DNA of 64,000 bases from Spirochaetota bacterium (lineage in GTDB: Bacteria; Spirochaetota; UBA4802; UBA5550): the NCBI GenBank assembly GCA_035400945.1, contig DAONAJ010000003.1, positions 88,676-152,675 of the forward strand, written 5' to 3'. The notes below the pieces were generated by a model. That model saw only the letters and a program-made list of their open reading frames with translations. It was not told where the DNA came from and did not search any database. Below, piece after piece: positions 49,241 through 59,152 of the stretch; position 1 is the first letter of the stretch, and each line of letters begins with the position of its first letter. Both the position numbers and the translations under genes were made by a program.

Positions 49241-50620
49241 ATGAAGATCACGGTCCTCAACGGAAGCCCCAAGGGGGACACGAGCGTCACCATGCAGTAT
49301 ATCCGGTATACGCAAAAACAGCACCCGGACCACACGTACTACATCCATGACATTTCCCGGGGGATAAAGGTCATCGAAAAGGATCCGAAGGCCTTCCGCG
49401 CCGTCCTGGAGGATGTCAGGGCATCAGAGCTCGTCATCTGGGCATTCCCCCTCTACTACTTCCTTGTCCCGTCGCAGTACAAACGATTCATAGAGCTGGT
49501 GTTCGAGGGGAAAGCTGCCCCGGCCTTCAGATCAAAATTCGCAGCGGTCATCACGACCTCCATCCATTTCTTCGACCACACGGCGCACAACTACATGCGC
49601 GCCATCTGCGATGACCTTGCTATGAAATTCGCCGGTTCCTACTCCGCCTCCATGTACGACCTGGTGAGGAGCCGTGAGCGGAAGCGCTTTGACGCCTTCA
49701 CAACATGCATGTTCGACGCCGTGCGGGACAACACGCCTGCGGCGCGGGCCTATTACCCAGTCAGCGCCAGGATGTCGCCGTACCGGCCCTCCCCGCCGAA
49801 AATCAGGATCAATCCCGCCGGGAAAAACATCGTCATCATCACCGACGCAGCCTCCCCCTCATCCAACCTTGGGAAGATGGCCGAGCGCCTCAGCCGGTCC
49901 TTTACCGAGGCGCCGCCGGTATACAACCTCCACGACCTCAAGATCAAGGGGGGATGCCTGGGGTGCCTCCAGTGCGCCTACGACAACCGGTGCGTGTACG
50001 GGGACAGCGACGACTTTCACCTCTTCTTTGAAAGCAGGATCAAGGCGGCGGACATCATCTTTTACTGCATGGAGACGCGGGACCGGTACCTTTCGTCCCT
50101 GTGGAAGCGGTTCATCGACAGGAGCTTCTACAACAATCACACCCCCGTCCTCGAAGGAAAGCAGATAGGGTGCCTCGTGTCGGGCCCGCTGGGGAAACTT
50201 TCGTCCTTCAATGAATTTCTCCGCTGCTTTCCGGAATTCCAGCATGCAAACCTTGTTGATATCGTCACAGACGAAGGCGGGAACTCGAAGGTTCTGGACC
50301 TGCAGATCCAGAACCTGGCCTCCAACGCCGTTGCCCGGGCCGAGAAGAATTACATAGGACCCCAGACCTTCCAGAGCGTCGGCGGCTGGAAGATTTTCAG
50401 GGACGAGATCTGGAGCTGGCTGCGTTTTCCCTTCCTGGCCGACCACCGCTACTACAAGAAGCACGGCATGTACGACTTCCCGAAGCGGCGCTTCACGCAG
50501 AGCCTGGTCAACGGGGCCCTTTCGCAGATGGTCAGGTTCCCCGGCTTCAGGGAGGTCGTGTACAAGCAGCGCATGAAGGATGAGATGCTGCGGCCCTTCA
50601 AGACCATCCTGAAGCAGTAG
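49241..50620 (+). CDS. Tandem flavodoxin-like-fold protein (NAD(P)H-dependent FMN reductase-like) with Isf-type Cys cluster motif
   Basis: 460 aa from MKITVLNGSPKGDTS (RBS GGGAGG); second flavodoxin-like repeat (KNIVIITDAASPSS...) carries C-x2-C-x2-C-x5-C (CLGCLQCAYDNRC), the iron-sulfur flavoprotein 4Fe-4S pattern. Confidence 0.65.
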   Translation: MKITVLNGSPKGDTSVTMQYIRYTQKQHPDHTYYIHDISRGIKVIEKDPKAFRAVLEDVRASELVIWAFPLYYFLVPSQYKRFIELVFEGKAAPAFRSKFAAVITTSIHFFDHTAHNYMRAICDDLAMKFAGSYSASMYDLVRSRERKRFDAFTTCMFDAVRDNTPAARAYYPVSARMSPYRPSPPKIRINPAGKNIVIITDAASPSSNLGKMAERLSRSFTEAPPVYNLHDLKIKGGCLGCLQCAYDNRCVYGDSDDFHLFFESRIKAADIIFYCMETRDRYLSSLWKRFIDRSFYNNHTPVLEGKQIGCLVSGPLGKLSSFNEFLRCFPEFQHANLVDIVTDEGGNSKVLDLQIQNLASNAVARAEKNYIGPQTFQSVGGWKIFRDEIWSWLRFPFLADHRYYKKHGMYDFPKRRFTQSLVNGALSQMVRFPGFREVVYKQRMKDEMLRPFKTILKQ

Positions 50621-50670
50621 GCAATAAGTAGCACTGCATCCAAAACCGCAATCGGGCATTTACCCCAGTA

Positions 50671-50698
50671 AAAACAGGCCCGGTCCTTTCCTGTTTTA
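50671..50698 (+). terminator. Weak terminator-like hairpin after the flavodoxin-like gene
   Basis: aaacagg-cccggtcctttc-cctgtttt. Confidence 0.4.
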
Positions 50699-50782
50699 GG
50701 ATTTTATCTTGACAATTTAGCTGAACACTGTTAAATTAACATTGTTCATATTATTAATGACAATTATTCAGGAAGGACGGCA

Positions 50783-51415
50783 ATGCCCAAAACCAGCAGA
50801 AGCGCCGAAGAAGTGGCGCAGGTCCGGGAGCATATTCTTAGCGCGGCCATCGGGATCATAGCCGACAAGGGATTCAGCCGCCTGAGCATGCGCAGCCTGG
50901 CGTCGGCCATCGGCATGACCGCCGCCAACATCTATAATTATTACAGCAGCAAGGACGAGCTGTACCTTGACATCCAGACCGCCGGATTCCAGGAACTCTA
51001 CGCCCGCTTTGCCGGTGCGCGGGACCGTGAAAAAACGCCGCTGAAAAAAATCGCGGCGATCATGAAGGAATATATATCATACGGAACATCCAACCCGGAC
51101 AGCTACAATATCATCTTCAGCATGGATACGCCCAAGTACGCCGATTACCGCGACACGCAGATCGAGCCGGTTGCCTACGCTGAAAAGAAAGCGGGGCTGG
51201 ACCTCATAGAGATAACCCGCCCCGTCGTGGCGGAGCTTCTGAAAAAGCGCGGGAAGCCAGCCGCCGGGGCATGGAAAAAAACCGTGCAGGCGTGGATCAT
51301 GCTCCATGGCATCGTAAGCCTCATGAACAGCCGCGTCCTCCAGGAGGTGGCGGATGACAGCTCCCGATTCATAGACGAAAGCGTGAAAGACGTTGTCAAT
51401 TACCTGCTCTCATAA
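50783..51415 (+). CDS. TetR/AcrR family transcriptional regulator
   Basis: 210 aa; N-terminal TetR HTH (ILSAAIGIIADKGFSRLSMRSLASAIGMTAANIYNYYSSKDELY); 26 bp upstream of the GRE gene. Confidence 0.85.
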   Translation: MPKTSRSAEEVAQVREHILSAAIGIIADKGFSRLSMRSLASAIGMTAANIYNYYSSKDELYLDIQTAGFQELYARFAGARDREKTPLKKIAAIMKEYISYGTSNPDSYNIIFSMDTPKYADYRDTQIEPVAYAEKKAGLDLIEITRPVVAELLKKRGKPAAGAWKKTVQAWIMLHGIVSLMNSRVLQEVADDSSRFIDESVKDVVNYLLS

Positions 51416-51441
51416 AACCTGACGCTACCGGGAGACCGCCC

Positions 51442-54399
51442 ATGAACATCATAACCTACATTCTCCTCCGCCTCATGGCCCTGCTCTTCAACCTGCGGCC
51501 CTCGCTGCGGAACTACCTCGCCGGCGCGGACGGCTTCATCAACTTCGTCGTGGGGTTCGCCACGGAAGACGGCAGCGTCAACCGCGCCATTTCCTTCCGC
51601 GACGGAAAGGTCAGGGCGCTGCGCCGCATACCCGCCGATGCGGACGTGACCCTGCGGTTCCGGAGCGGCAGGACCCTCATGGAGATGCTCAGGATTACCC
51701 CCAACGAAATGCTCATCCTTATCCTGAACAACAAGATGATCCTCGAGGGAAACATCGCCTATCTCCAGCTCTTCAACTTTTACATATCGCTGCTCCTGTG
51801 GAAAACCCACCGGCGAATGCTGGACAGAAAACAGAAGAAGGACATCAGGGAGCGGAAGCGGCAGTACGGCTCCGATAGGGCCGCTCCCGGCGACGATCTT
51901 CCCGCCCGCCGCAGGGGAATGCTCCGCGCCCCCTCGGTCGACCGGAACGTGAAGCATCTCGCGGACCCCTACCTGGCCGATTACAGTCTCGACGATTTCC
52001 CGCGCCTGCGGTGGATGCTGGACCGCCATTTCGACCGCATGCCGCAGCTCTGCGTGGAGCGGCCGAAGCTCCTCACCGACTGGTACCGGGCCAACGGCTT
52101 CGAGACCGACGCATCCGGAAAGCCCTGGGTGCCGGTACTGCGGCAGGCACTGGCCTTCAAGCATCTCATGGAACACAAAAAGCCGATAATCGCCGAGAGG
52201 GAGCTGATCGCGGGCACCAGCACCGCGAAGGAGCCCACCGGCGTCATCATATATCCCGACGCCCAGGGCACCATGCTCTGGGGCGAACTCAGGTCGATCG
52301 GCGACCGCGTTCTCAATCCCTACACGATCAGTCCGGAAGACGCCGACATCCTCCACCACGAGATCTTCCCCTTCTGGGCAACGCGGAACTTCAGGGAGTA
52401 TGTGCGCACGAAATACAACCATCCCCTCTGCCTCAAGATCGACGAGCGCTGGGTCTACTACTTCGTATGGAAATCGGTGGGCGTGTCCCATACCGTGCCG
52501 GACTACCCGGCGCTGCTGTCCCGGGGAACCCGGGGCCTGGCCTCCGATATCGATGCCGCCCTTTCGAGACTCGGCGATACAGACGCCGATCGCCGCGCCA
52601 ATCTCGAGGCGATGAAACTGTGCCTGGAAGCCCTCGATATCTACGGGAGGAACCTTTCCCTTGAAGCGGCGCGCCTCGCAGCGGCGGAACCGGACCCGTC
52701 CCGCCGCGCCGAACTGGAGAGGATCGCGCAGATCTGCGGCCGGGTGCCGCGGGAACCGGCCCGCACCCTCGACGAGGCGGTGAACGCGGTCTGGATCGCG
52801 TGGGTGGCCCTCCACATGGAAAACACCAACACGGGCCTCTCCCTGGGCCGCCTGGACCAGTGGCTCCAGCCCTATTTCGCCGCGGACATGGAGGCCATCG
52901 CCGACGACGCCGGCCGCGACGCGTACCTGAAACGCGCCATCGAGCTCGTCGGCTGCCTCTACATGCGCGGCACCGACCACCTTCCCCTCGTGCCCGACAT
53001 CGGCAACTACCTCTTCGGCGGGAGCTCGTCGGACCAGGCGATAACCCTCGGCGGGGTAACCCCGGACGGTAGCGACGGCGTGTGCGACATGACCTACATC
53101 ATGCTCAAGGTCACCGAGATGCTCTCCATCAGGGACCCCAACGTGAATGCCCGCTTCAACCCGGACCGGAACAGCGAGGCCTACCTGGATCGCCTCTGCG
53201 AGGTCAACTACGTGACCGCGGCAACGCCGTCGATGCACAACGACCGCTCCGTGTCCGCGTCCCTGGAGGACAAGGGCTACGACCCCCGTCACGTGCGCGA
53301 CTGGTCTGCCACCGGCTGCGTCGAGCCGACCCTGTCCGGCCGCCACATGGGTCACACGGGCTCGATACTGATGAACATGGTTTCGGCCCTCGAGATGGCC
53401 CTCAACAACGGGAACCACCCCCACGTGAACTGGCAGCTTGGACCCCGGACCGGATCCGTCGAGGGCGGTGACTTCGTCTCCTTCGAGGACTTCTTCAACG
53501 CCTGGGCGGCGCAGCAGCGTTTTCTCATCGACCAGGCGGTGGAGCTCAATAACCTCTATGCCGAGGCCCATGCCCGGTACCGTCCGTCGCCCCTCCTGAG
53601 CGCCCTCATCGACGGGTGCATAGCAAACGGCCTGGACGTGACCGCCGGCGGCGCCCGCTACAACAGCTCCGGGAGCTCTAATATCGGCCTGGCGGACGTG
53701 ACCGATTCCCTCATGGCGGTCAAGACACTGGTCTTCGACGAAAAGAAGGTCTCCTTCGCGGACCTCAAAAAAGCCATCGATACCGATTTCCGCGACGCTC
53801 CGGCCCTGCGCGCCCTGGTGCAGCGGAAGGTTCCCCTCTTCGGGTCCGGAGACCAGGCCGCCCTTGACATGGCCCGGCGGGTGGCCCGGGTCGTCCATGA
53901 CGCCTACGCGGCCCACCGCAACTACCGGGGCGGGCCCTACACCTCGGGCTTCTGGTCCATGTCGCAGCACGTGGCCTACGGCACCCTCTCGGGCACGCTC
54001 CCGTCGGGGCGCCTCTCGGGCAAGGCCTTCACCCCGGGGCTCACGCCGCAGCCCTCCGCGTCGCCGAGCTTCCTCGACAACATACGCGACGTGGCGCGCC
54101 TCGACCCGGCCTGCATGGACAACAACATCGCCTTCAACGTGAAGCTGGTCCCCGCGGCCGGCGAAAGCCGCGGGGACATCGTGAAAGCCATGAGGAATTA
54201 CGTGAAGACCTATTTCGACCTGGGCGGCATGCAGATGCAGTTCAACGTGGTGAACTCCGCCACGCTGAAAGACGCCATGGCCAACCCCGAAAAATACCGC
54301 AACCTGCTGGTGCGGATATCGGGCTACAACGCCTATTTCGTGACGCTGAATCGCGAGATGCAGATAGAGCTGATAGAGCGGGCGGAATACGGCATGTGA
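51442..54399 (+). CDS. Glycyl radical enzyme (PFL2/glycerol-dehydratase-like clade) with N-terminal SCP2-like domain
   Basis: 985 aa; C-terminal glycyl radical motif RISGYNAYFV; active-site Cys loop SATGCVEPTLSG with Glu (eliminase-type); residues about 20-120 resemble the SCP2 sterol-carrier fold (DVTLRFRSGRTLMEMLRITPNEMLILILNNKMILEGNIAYLQLFNF). Confidence 0.85.
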   Translation: MNIITYILLRLMALLFNLRPSLRNYLAGADGFINFVVGFATEDGSVNRAISFRDGKVRALRRIPADADVTLRFRSGRTLMEMLRITPNEMLILILNNKMILEGNIAYLQLFNFYISLLLWKTHRRMLDRKQKKDIRERKRQYGSDRAAPGDDLPARRRGMLRAPSVDRNVKHLADPYLADYSLDDFPRLRWMLDRHFDRMPQLCVERPKLLTDWYRANGFETDASGKPWVPVLRQALAFKHLMEHKKPIIAERELIAGTSTAKEPTGVIIYPDAQGTMLWGELRSIGDRVLNPYTISPEDADILHHEIFPFWATRNFREYVRTKYNHPLCLKIDERWVYYFVWKSVGVSHTVPDYPALLSRGTRGLASDIDAALSRLGDTDADRRANLEAMKLCLEALDIYGRNLSLEAARLAAAEPDPSRRAELERIAQICGRVPREPARTLDEAVNAVWIAWVALHMENTNTGLSLGRLDQWLQPYFAADMEAIADDAGRDAYLKRAIELVGCLYMRGTDHLPLVPDIGNYLFGGSSSDQAITLGGVTPDGSDGVCDMTYIMLKVTEMLSIRDPNVNARFNPDRNSEAYLDRLCEVNYVTAATPSMHNDRSVSASLEDKGYDPRHVRDWSATGCVEPTLSGRHMGHTGSILMNMVSALEMALNNGNHPHVNWQLGPRTGSVEGGDFVSFEDFFNAWAAQQRFLIDQAVELNNLYAEAHARYRPSPLLSALIDGCIANGLDVTAGGARYNSSGSSNIGLADVTDSLMAVKTLVFDEKKVSFADLKKAIDTDFRDAPALRALVQRKVPLFGSGDQAALDMARRVARVVHDAYAAHRNYRGGPYTSGFWSMSQHVAYGTLSGTLPSGRLSGKAFTPGLTPQPSASPSFLDNIRDVARLDPACMDNNIAFNVKLVPAAGESRGDIVKAMRNYVKTYFDLGGMQMQFNVVNSATLKDAMANPEKYRNLLVRISGYNAYFVTLNREMQIELIERAEYGM

Positions 54400-54538
54400 C
54401 TCATGCCGTGGGGCAAAACAAAGGATCAAGTATTGCCGGCAATTGTACGATAATACGGTATGCATGCCGCCGACGGCGGCACCGGGAATTGATCATTACG
54501 TTTTCCAGGCAGATTGACACTATTCCGGAGAAACCGCG

Positions 54539-54682
54539 ATGAATGAAAAAGCATACATCCAGTCCATAGTGCTGGCCGTGCGCAACGACCTTTCAAAGGG
54601 CATGAAGAAAGACGAGGTTCTGAAGAACCTTTCCCGCGTCATCAGCAGTGACCTCTTCAGCAAGGTAAAAGCCCAGCTGTAG
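54539..54682 (+). CDS. Possible small ORF (47 aa) downstream of the GRE
   Basis: ATG with GGAGA RBS 7 nt upstream; amphipathic helical sequence; no homology recognisable. Confidence 0.25.
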   Translation: MNEKAYIQSIVLAVRNDLSKGMKKDEVLKNLSRVISSDLFSKVKAQL

Positions 54683-54949
54683 CATCAGCAAGTTACCAAC
54701 ACACGCATCTGTCCGGAATACCCTCCCGCTCACCGGAAAACCCGCCACACCTTCGCGCAGCGCCATCCGCCAGCGCACCGGACCGGGTTTTTCAGGAAAC
54801 TGTTAGACTTTTTACATAACCCGTTATACTATTGAATTAATCCCCGGGCTCCATGCGGCGGCCGGGGATTGCATTGATAACGCCGCATTTCCCGGCAGGC
54901 TTTTTATATCCTGCAATAATCCGAACAAACCATTACAAGGAGAAATGCC

Positions 54950-55834
54950 ATGGGTGAATTCTTCAGCGGATACTGGCTGCTTATTACAATTTTAACGATC
55001 GTGTTCCTGGCGATCTTCTTTTCAGGGATACGGATAGTCCGCCCGACACACCGCGGCCTGATCGAACGCCTCGGCAAATACACCCGCTTTGCCCAGCCGG
55101 GCTTTCACTGGATCATCCCCGTCATCGAGCGGATGTTCCGGGTCAACGTCACGGAACAGATGGTCGACGCCAAGCCCCAGGAAATCATAACCAACGACAA
55201 CCTGAACGCCCGGGTGGACGCCCAGGTCTACTTCAAGGTGAAGGCCGACGAGGAGAGCGTCAAGAATTCCCAGTACAACGTCAACAACTACGAACTGCAG
55301 ATAGTGAATCTGGCGCGGACCACCCTGCGGAACATCATCGGCACCATGACGCTGAAATCGGCGAACAGCGAGCGGAGCAAGATCAACTCCGACCTGCTGC
55401 TGACCCTCTGCAAGGAAACGGAAAAATGGGGGCTGGAGGTCGTCAGGACCGAACTGAAGGAGATCGACCCGCCCAAGGACGTACAGGAGACGATGAACAA
55501 GGTGGTGAAGGCGGAGAACGAGAAGATCGCCGCCATCGATTTCGCCACCGCGACCGAGACCGCCGCCGACGGCCAGAAGCGCGCCGACATCAAGAAGGCG
55601 GAAGGGGTGCGGCAGGCGCGGATACTGGCGGCCGACGGCGAGGCCCAGGCGATCAAGCTGGTGAACGAGGCGGCCAACCAGTATTTCATTGGAAACGCGC
55701 AGCTGCTGCGGAGGATCCAGATGCTCGAAGAGGCCCTGAAAAACAACGCGAAGATCGTGGTCCCCGCCGGGACCGACCTGGTCAACGTCCTGGGCGAAAT
55801 GGCGGGCATCGTGCCGCTGAAGCGCGGGAACTAG
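54950..55834 (+). CDS. SPFH/band-7 (stomatin/prohibitin-like) membrane protein
   Basis: 294 aa; N-terminal TM anchor, SPFH core, Ala/Glu-rich coiled-coil C-terminus. Confidence 0.85.
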   Translation: MGEFFSGYWLLITILTIVFLAIFFSGIRIVRPTHRGLIERLGKYTRFAQPGFHWIIPVIERMFRVNVTEQMVDAKPQEIITNDNLNARVDAQVYFKVKADEESVKNSQYNVNNYELQIVNLARTTLRNIIGTMTLKSANSERSKINSDLLLTLCKETEKWGLEVVRTELKEIDPPKDVQETMNKVVKAENEKIAAIDFATATETAADGQKRADIKKAEGVRQARILAADGEAQAIKLVNEAANQYFIGNAQLLRRIQMLEEALKNNAKIVVPAGTDLVNVLGEMAGIVPLKRGN

Positions 55835-55942
55835 CGGGAAGAACCCCGCCAGTTCCCTGCCGCGTAAAAACCGGGACGATTTAACCGGCCATCACCGCGC
55901 AGGTCCGCCATCGTCCGCGCTGAAGAACCGGTCTCCGCGCCG

Positions 55943-56499
55943 TCAGAAGGCGTAGAGGCGCTGGCCCGCTATGACCATGACGCCCTGCCTGAAATCAATG
56001 TTCTTGCCCCTGCCGGCGACACCGCACCCGCCCATTTCCACGAAGAAGGTCCAGTGCTTCATCACGTAGATTTCTATGGCGCCGAAAAAACGCGAGGCGA
56101 AGAAGGGGCCGCGCCTGCGGGTTACATCGTACACGATGCCTCCCGTGACGCCGACATAGAGCCTGCTCTGCAGGTAGATGGGGGTCTTCCACAGGAGCCC
56201 CACGGACGGCATGACCGCAGTGCTCCAGTGCCGCGAGGTCGTAAGGCCCGTCATGGATTGGCGGAAGTAGTACTGGTTGGTAATGACCGGCGCGTCTATG
56301 CGGACGGCAAAGCCCTTGTCCAGGAAGACATGGAAATCAAGGCCATACATCGGGTCCTCATTGTAGAGGCCCACCGGGATACCGATGCCAAATCGCTGGT
56401 TATAGCGCGGCTCCTCCCCCGGCTTGATCGGCTGGGCCGCCGCAAATGAAACGGCCGCCATGACGAGTAACAAAGTCGGCACACATGCCCGAAAAACCA
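55943..56499 (-). CDS. Hypothetical outer-membrane/secreted protein
   Basis: Start at MVFRACVPTLLLVMAAVSFAAAQP (signal peptide); alternating beta-like pattern, C-terminal aromatic (…QRLYAF). Confidence 0.5.
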
Positions 56500-56597
56500 T
56501 GCTGTCACCTCCACTTTGATGTTTAATGCACCACCCGGTTTCACACCGCAACAATCTCACCGGTGAAATAGTTTCCCCGTCCGGAAACGATTTGCCT

Positions 56598-58489
56598 CTA
56601 TTTGCCCCTCGCCAGGAGCGCCTCGATGCGCGACAGGAGGTCCTGGCCGTTAAAGGGCTTGGTGATGTAATCGTCGGCTATGTTTACCTGGCCGTCATCG
56701 ATATCGCTCGATTCCACCCGCGCGGTGAGCATGATGACCGGTATATGCTTCAGCGCATCATCCTCCCTCAGCCGCTTGGTCATCTCATACCCGTTCATCA
56801 CCGGCATCATCACGTCGGTGATGACAAGATCCGGTTTCTTTGCTGCTGCCGCGACCAGGCCTTCCCGGCCGTTCTCGGCGCAGCGCACCAGGTACCGGCG
56901 CTCGAGGAGCGTGGTGAGATACTTCCGCATATCCGTATTGTCCTCCACCACCAGGAGCGACGCTTCGGGCCTGGCCGGCGCCGCCGCGGGTCCCGGGGGG
57001 GTCTCCCTGGCCTCGCTCATGAACCTCATCTCCACCGCCCGCTGCTGAAACAGCTGACCGCCCTTCTCCCCCGGCTGCAGGTACTGGATCCCGGGAAAGT
57101 ATTTCCACTGCGCCGTCCCCTTGGGGAGCATGATGGTGAACACGGTGCCGTGGTCATCGGGATTGTCGCCGGCATAGACGCTCTCCACCGATACCGTGCC
57201 GCCGTGCAGCTGGACCAGTTCCCTGACCAGGGAGAGGCCGATGCCGGAGCCTTCGCCCCGGCGGTGCGCGCCGGCATGGGCCTGGCCGAAGCGGTCAAAG
57301 ATGATGTCAAGGTTGTCCCGGGGGATGCCCGCCCCGGTGTCCTCGAACTCGATGTAGCAGGCCCGGTCATCGTCGATGACCCTGACCGTTATGGAGCCGC
57401 CGGGCTCCGTGTACTTGAAGGCGTTGGAGAACAGGTTCATGAATACCTTGTCCATCTTTTCGGGATCGAAATAGACCATGATGGAGTCCCTGGACGATAT
57501 CACTTTAAGTTCCAGCCGCCGCGTTTCAAAGGCGGAGCGGACCGTGTCGATATAAGACCGCACGAAGGCGACCATGTCCTGCTCGGCCACGACCATGGGC
57601 ATGCGGCCCGCGTCGAGCCGTGCGAGGTCCAGCAGGTTGTTGACGAGGTTCAGGAGCCGCGAGGCGTTGCGCTCGACCGTCAGGAGGAGATTGCGGTCAA
57701 GGGGGACTCCCTGGTCTTCCTGGAGGGCCGATTCGACCGGTGCCAGGATCATGGTCAGCGGCGTCCTGATTTCATGGGATATGTTGGCGAAGAAGTTGGA
57801 CTTGATGCGGTCCATTTCCTTCAGCTTCTCATTCGCCTCCTGGAGCTCCTCGGTCCGGTCGTGGACCATCTCCTCGAGGTGCTGGGCCAGGTCCCGGTTC
57901 TTCTCCATTTCCTCCTCGGCAAGGCGCAGGGCCCGGTCGTTGATCCTGAATATCTGATAGGACATGAAGCCGATGAAAATGAAGGCTATGATGTTGTCGA
58001 TGAGATAATCGGTCAGGGCGAACACTGAAAGATTGAACAGGTCCTTTGCCCGCATGCTGAAAACAATAAAAACGGCGATATTAACGGCGCAGTAGACAGC
58101 GATGCTGACCTTGCGCCGCGACACCACGATCGGCGTCAGGACCAGGAGGCCGATGGCATAGACGATCGTGTCCAGGACTATGACGCTTTCGGTATTGATA
58201 TCGAAAAACAGCGCCCCCCAGACTGCAGCCAGGCATATGCAGAGAACCATGTGGGCGGACAGGCTGAACCTTCCCGTTCTCAGCAGATACAGGGCAATGA
58301 ACATTAATATCAGCCCCGTGACCAGGGGCGACAGGACTTCCACTGACGCATTATTGCGGGCTATATTGGTGACAATGAGGACAATAAAAACAGCCAGGAT
58401 GACGAAGGTTACGGCAAGGATAAGCTTTGATTTCTGCTGGAGGACATAATCAGCGTTTTTGTATTTTCTCAGAAATAAATCGGCCAGTT
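56598..58489 (-). CDS. Hybrid sensor histidine kinase/response regulator with N-terminal 6-TM sensor module (family A)
   Basis: Start at MGKKLADLF; N-terminal membrane domain paralogous to the MCP N-terminus (DYVLQQKSKLILAV..., LLRTGRFSLSAHM); HisKA (SHEIRTPL), HATPase_c (GTGIGLSLV), C-terminal REC (DVMMPVMNG…K). Confidence 0.85.
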
Positions 58490-58735
58490 TCTTACCCATC
58501 AATTTCTTCCTCGACCGGAGAAAGCAGAAATCGGGATTCAAGGGAAGATGGCATCAGCATGAGGTAACAATCGGACATGTATATCCTCCAATAATAAAAT
58601 ACTATTATAGCAACAAATGTCAATCAGAAATAGCGATCTTATGATCGCAGGTTTACCGTCAGCCTGAAACTGGAAAGCTAAAAATATACTGGACAGAGGG
58701 GTAATACCCTTTAGTATTTAACGAGGGAAAGGACC

Positions 58736-59143
58736 ATGGAAAAAGTTCGAGGAGTAATCAAAGGCGTCAGGACCCGGATCCACCAGATCAGCGCCTATAT
58801 AGCGACGCTATACTACCTGGAGATCGTGTTCCTTATGTTCGGGCTGCTGTTCCTGTACGGCAAGGCCGTATCGATCATCGCGGGAATCCTGCTGACCCTG
58901 GCCCTTACCTATCACGTCATACAGCTTTTCTTAAAGAACAGGCTCCACCGGAAGCTGCAGCTCTGGCTGATGGACTTCCATGCGGCCTTTTCAGCGGGGT
59001 TTCTCTTCTTCAACGCGGTCCAGGGCGTCGATATGGCGCCGGGGGCTCTTATCGTTCTCATCACCCGGACCCTGCACCTGGCCTGCGAACTTCCCCTCAT
59101 CTTTTACCTTTCCGGCGACGGGGGAATCTCCGCTTTCCGCTAG
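58736..59143 (+). CDS. Hypothetical small membrane protein
   Basis: 135 aa, 3-4 predicted TM helices. Confidence 0.4.
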   Translation: MEKVRGVIKGVRTRIHQISAYIATLYYLEIVFLMFGLLFLYGKAVSIIAGILLTLALTYHVIQLFLKNRLHRKLQLWLMDFHAAFSAGFLFFNAVQGVDMAPGALIVLITRTLHLACELPLIFYLSGDGGISAFR

Positions 59144-59152
59144 TGCGGCGTC

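Noticed and set aside
51400-54465. 1021-aa ORF on the minus strand opposite the glycyl radical enzyme
   Set aside because: Antisense shadow ORF typical of high-GC coding DNA; low-complexity Gly/Arg/Val-rich translation with no motifs, fully overlapped by a well-supported GRE gene.
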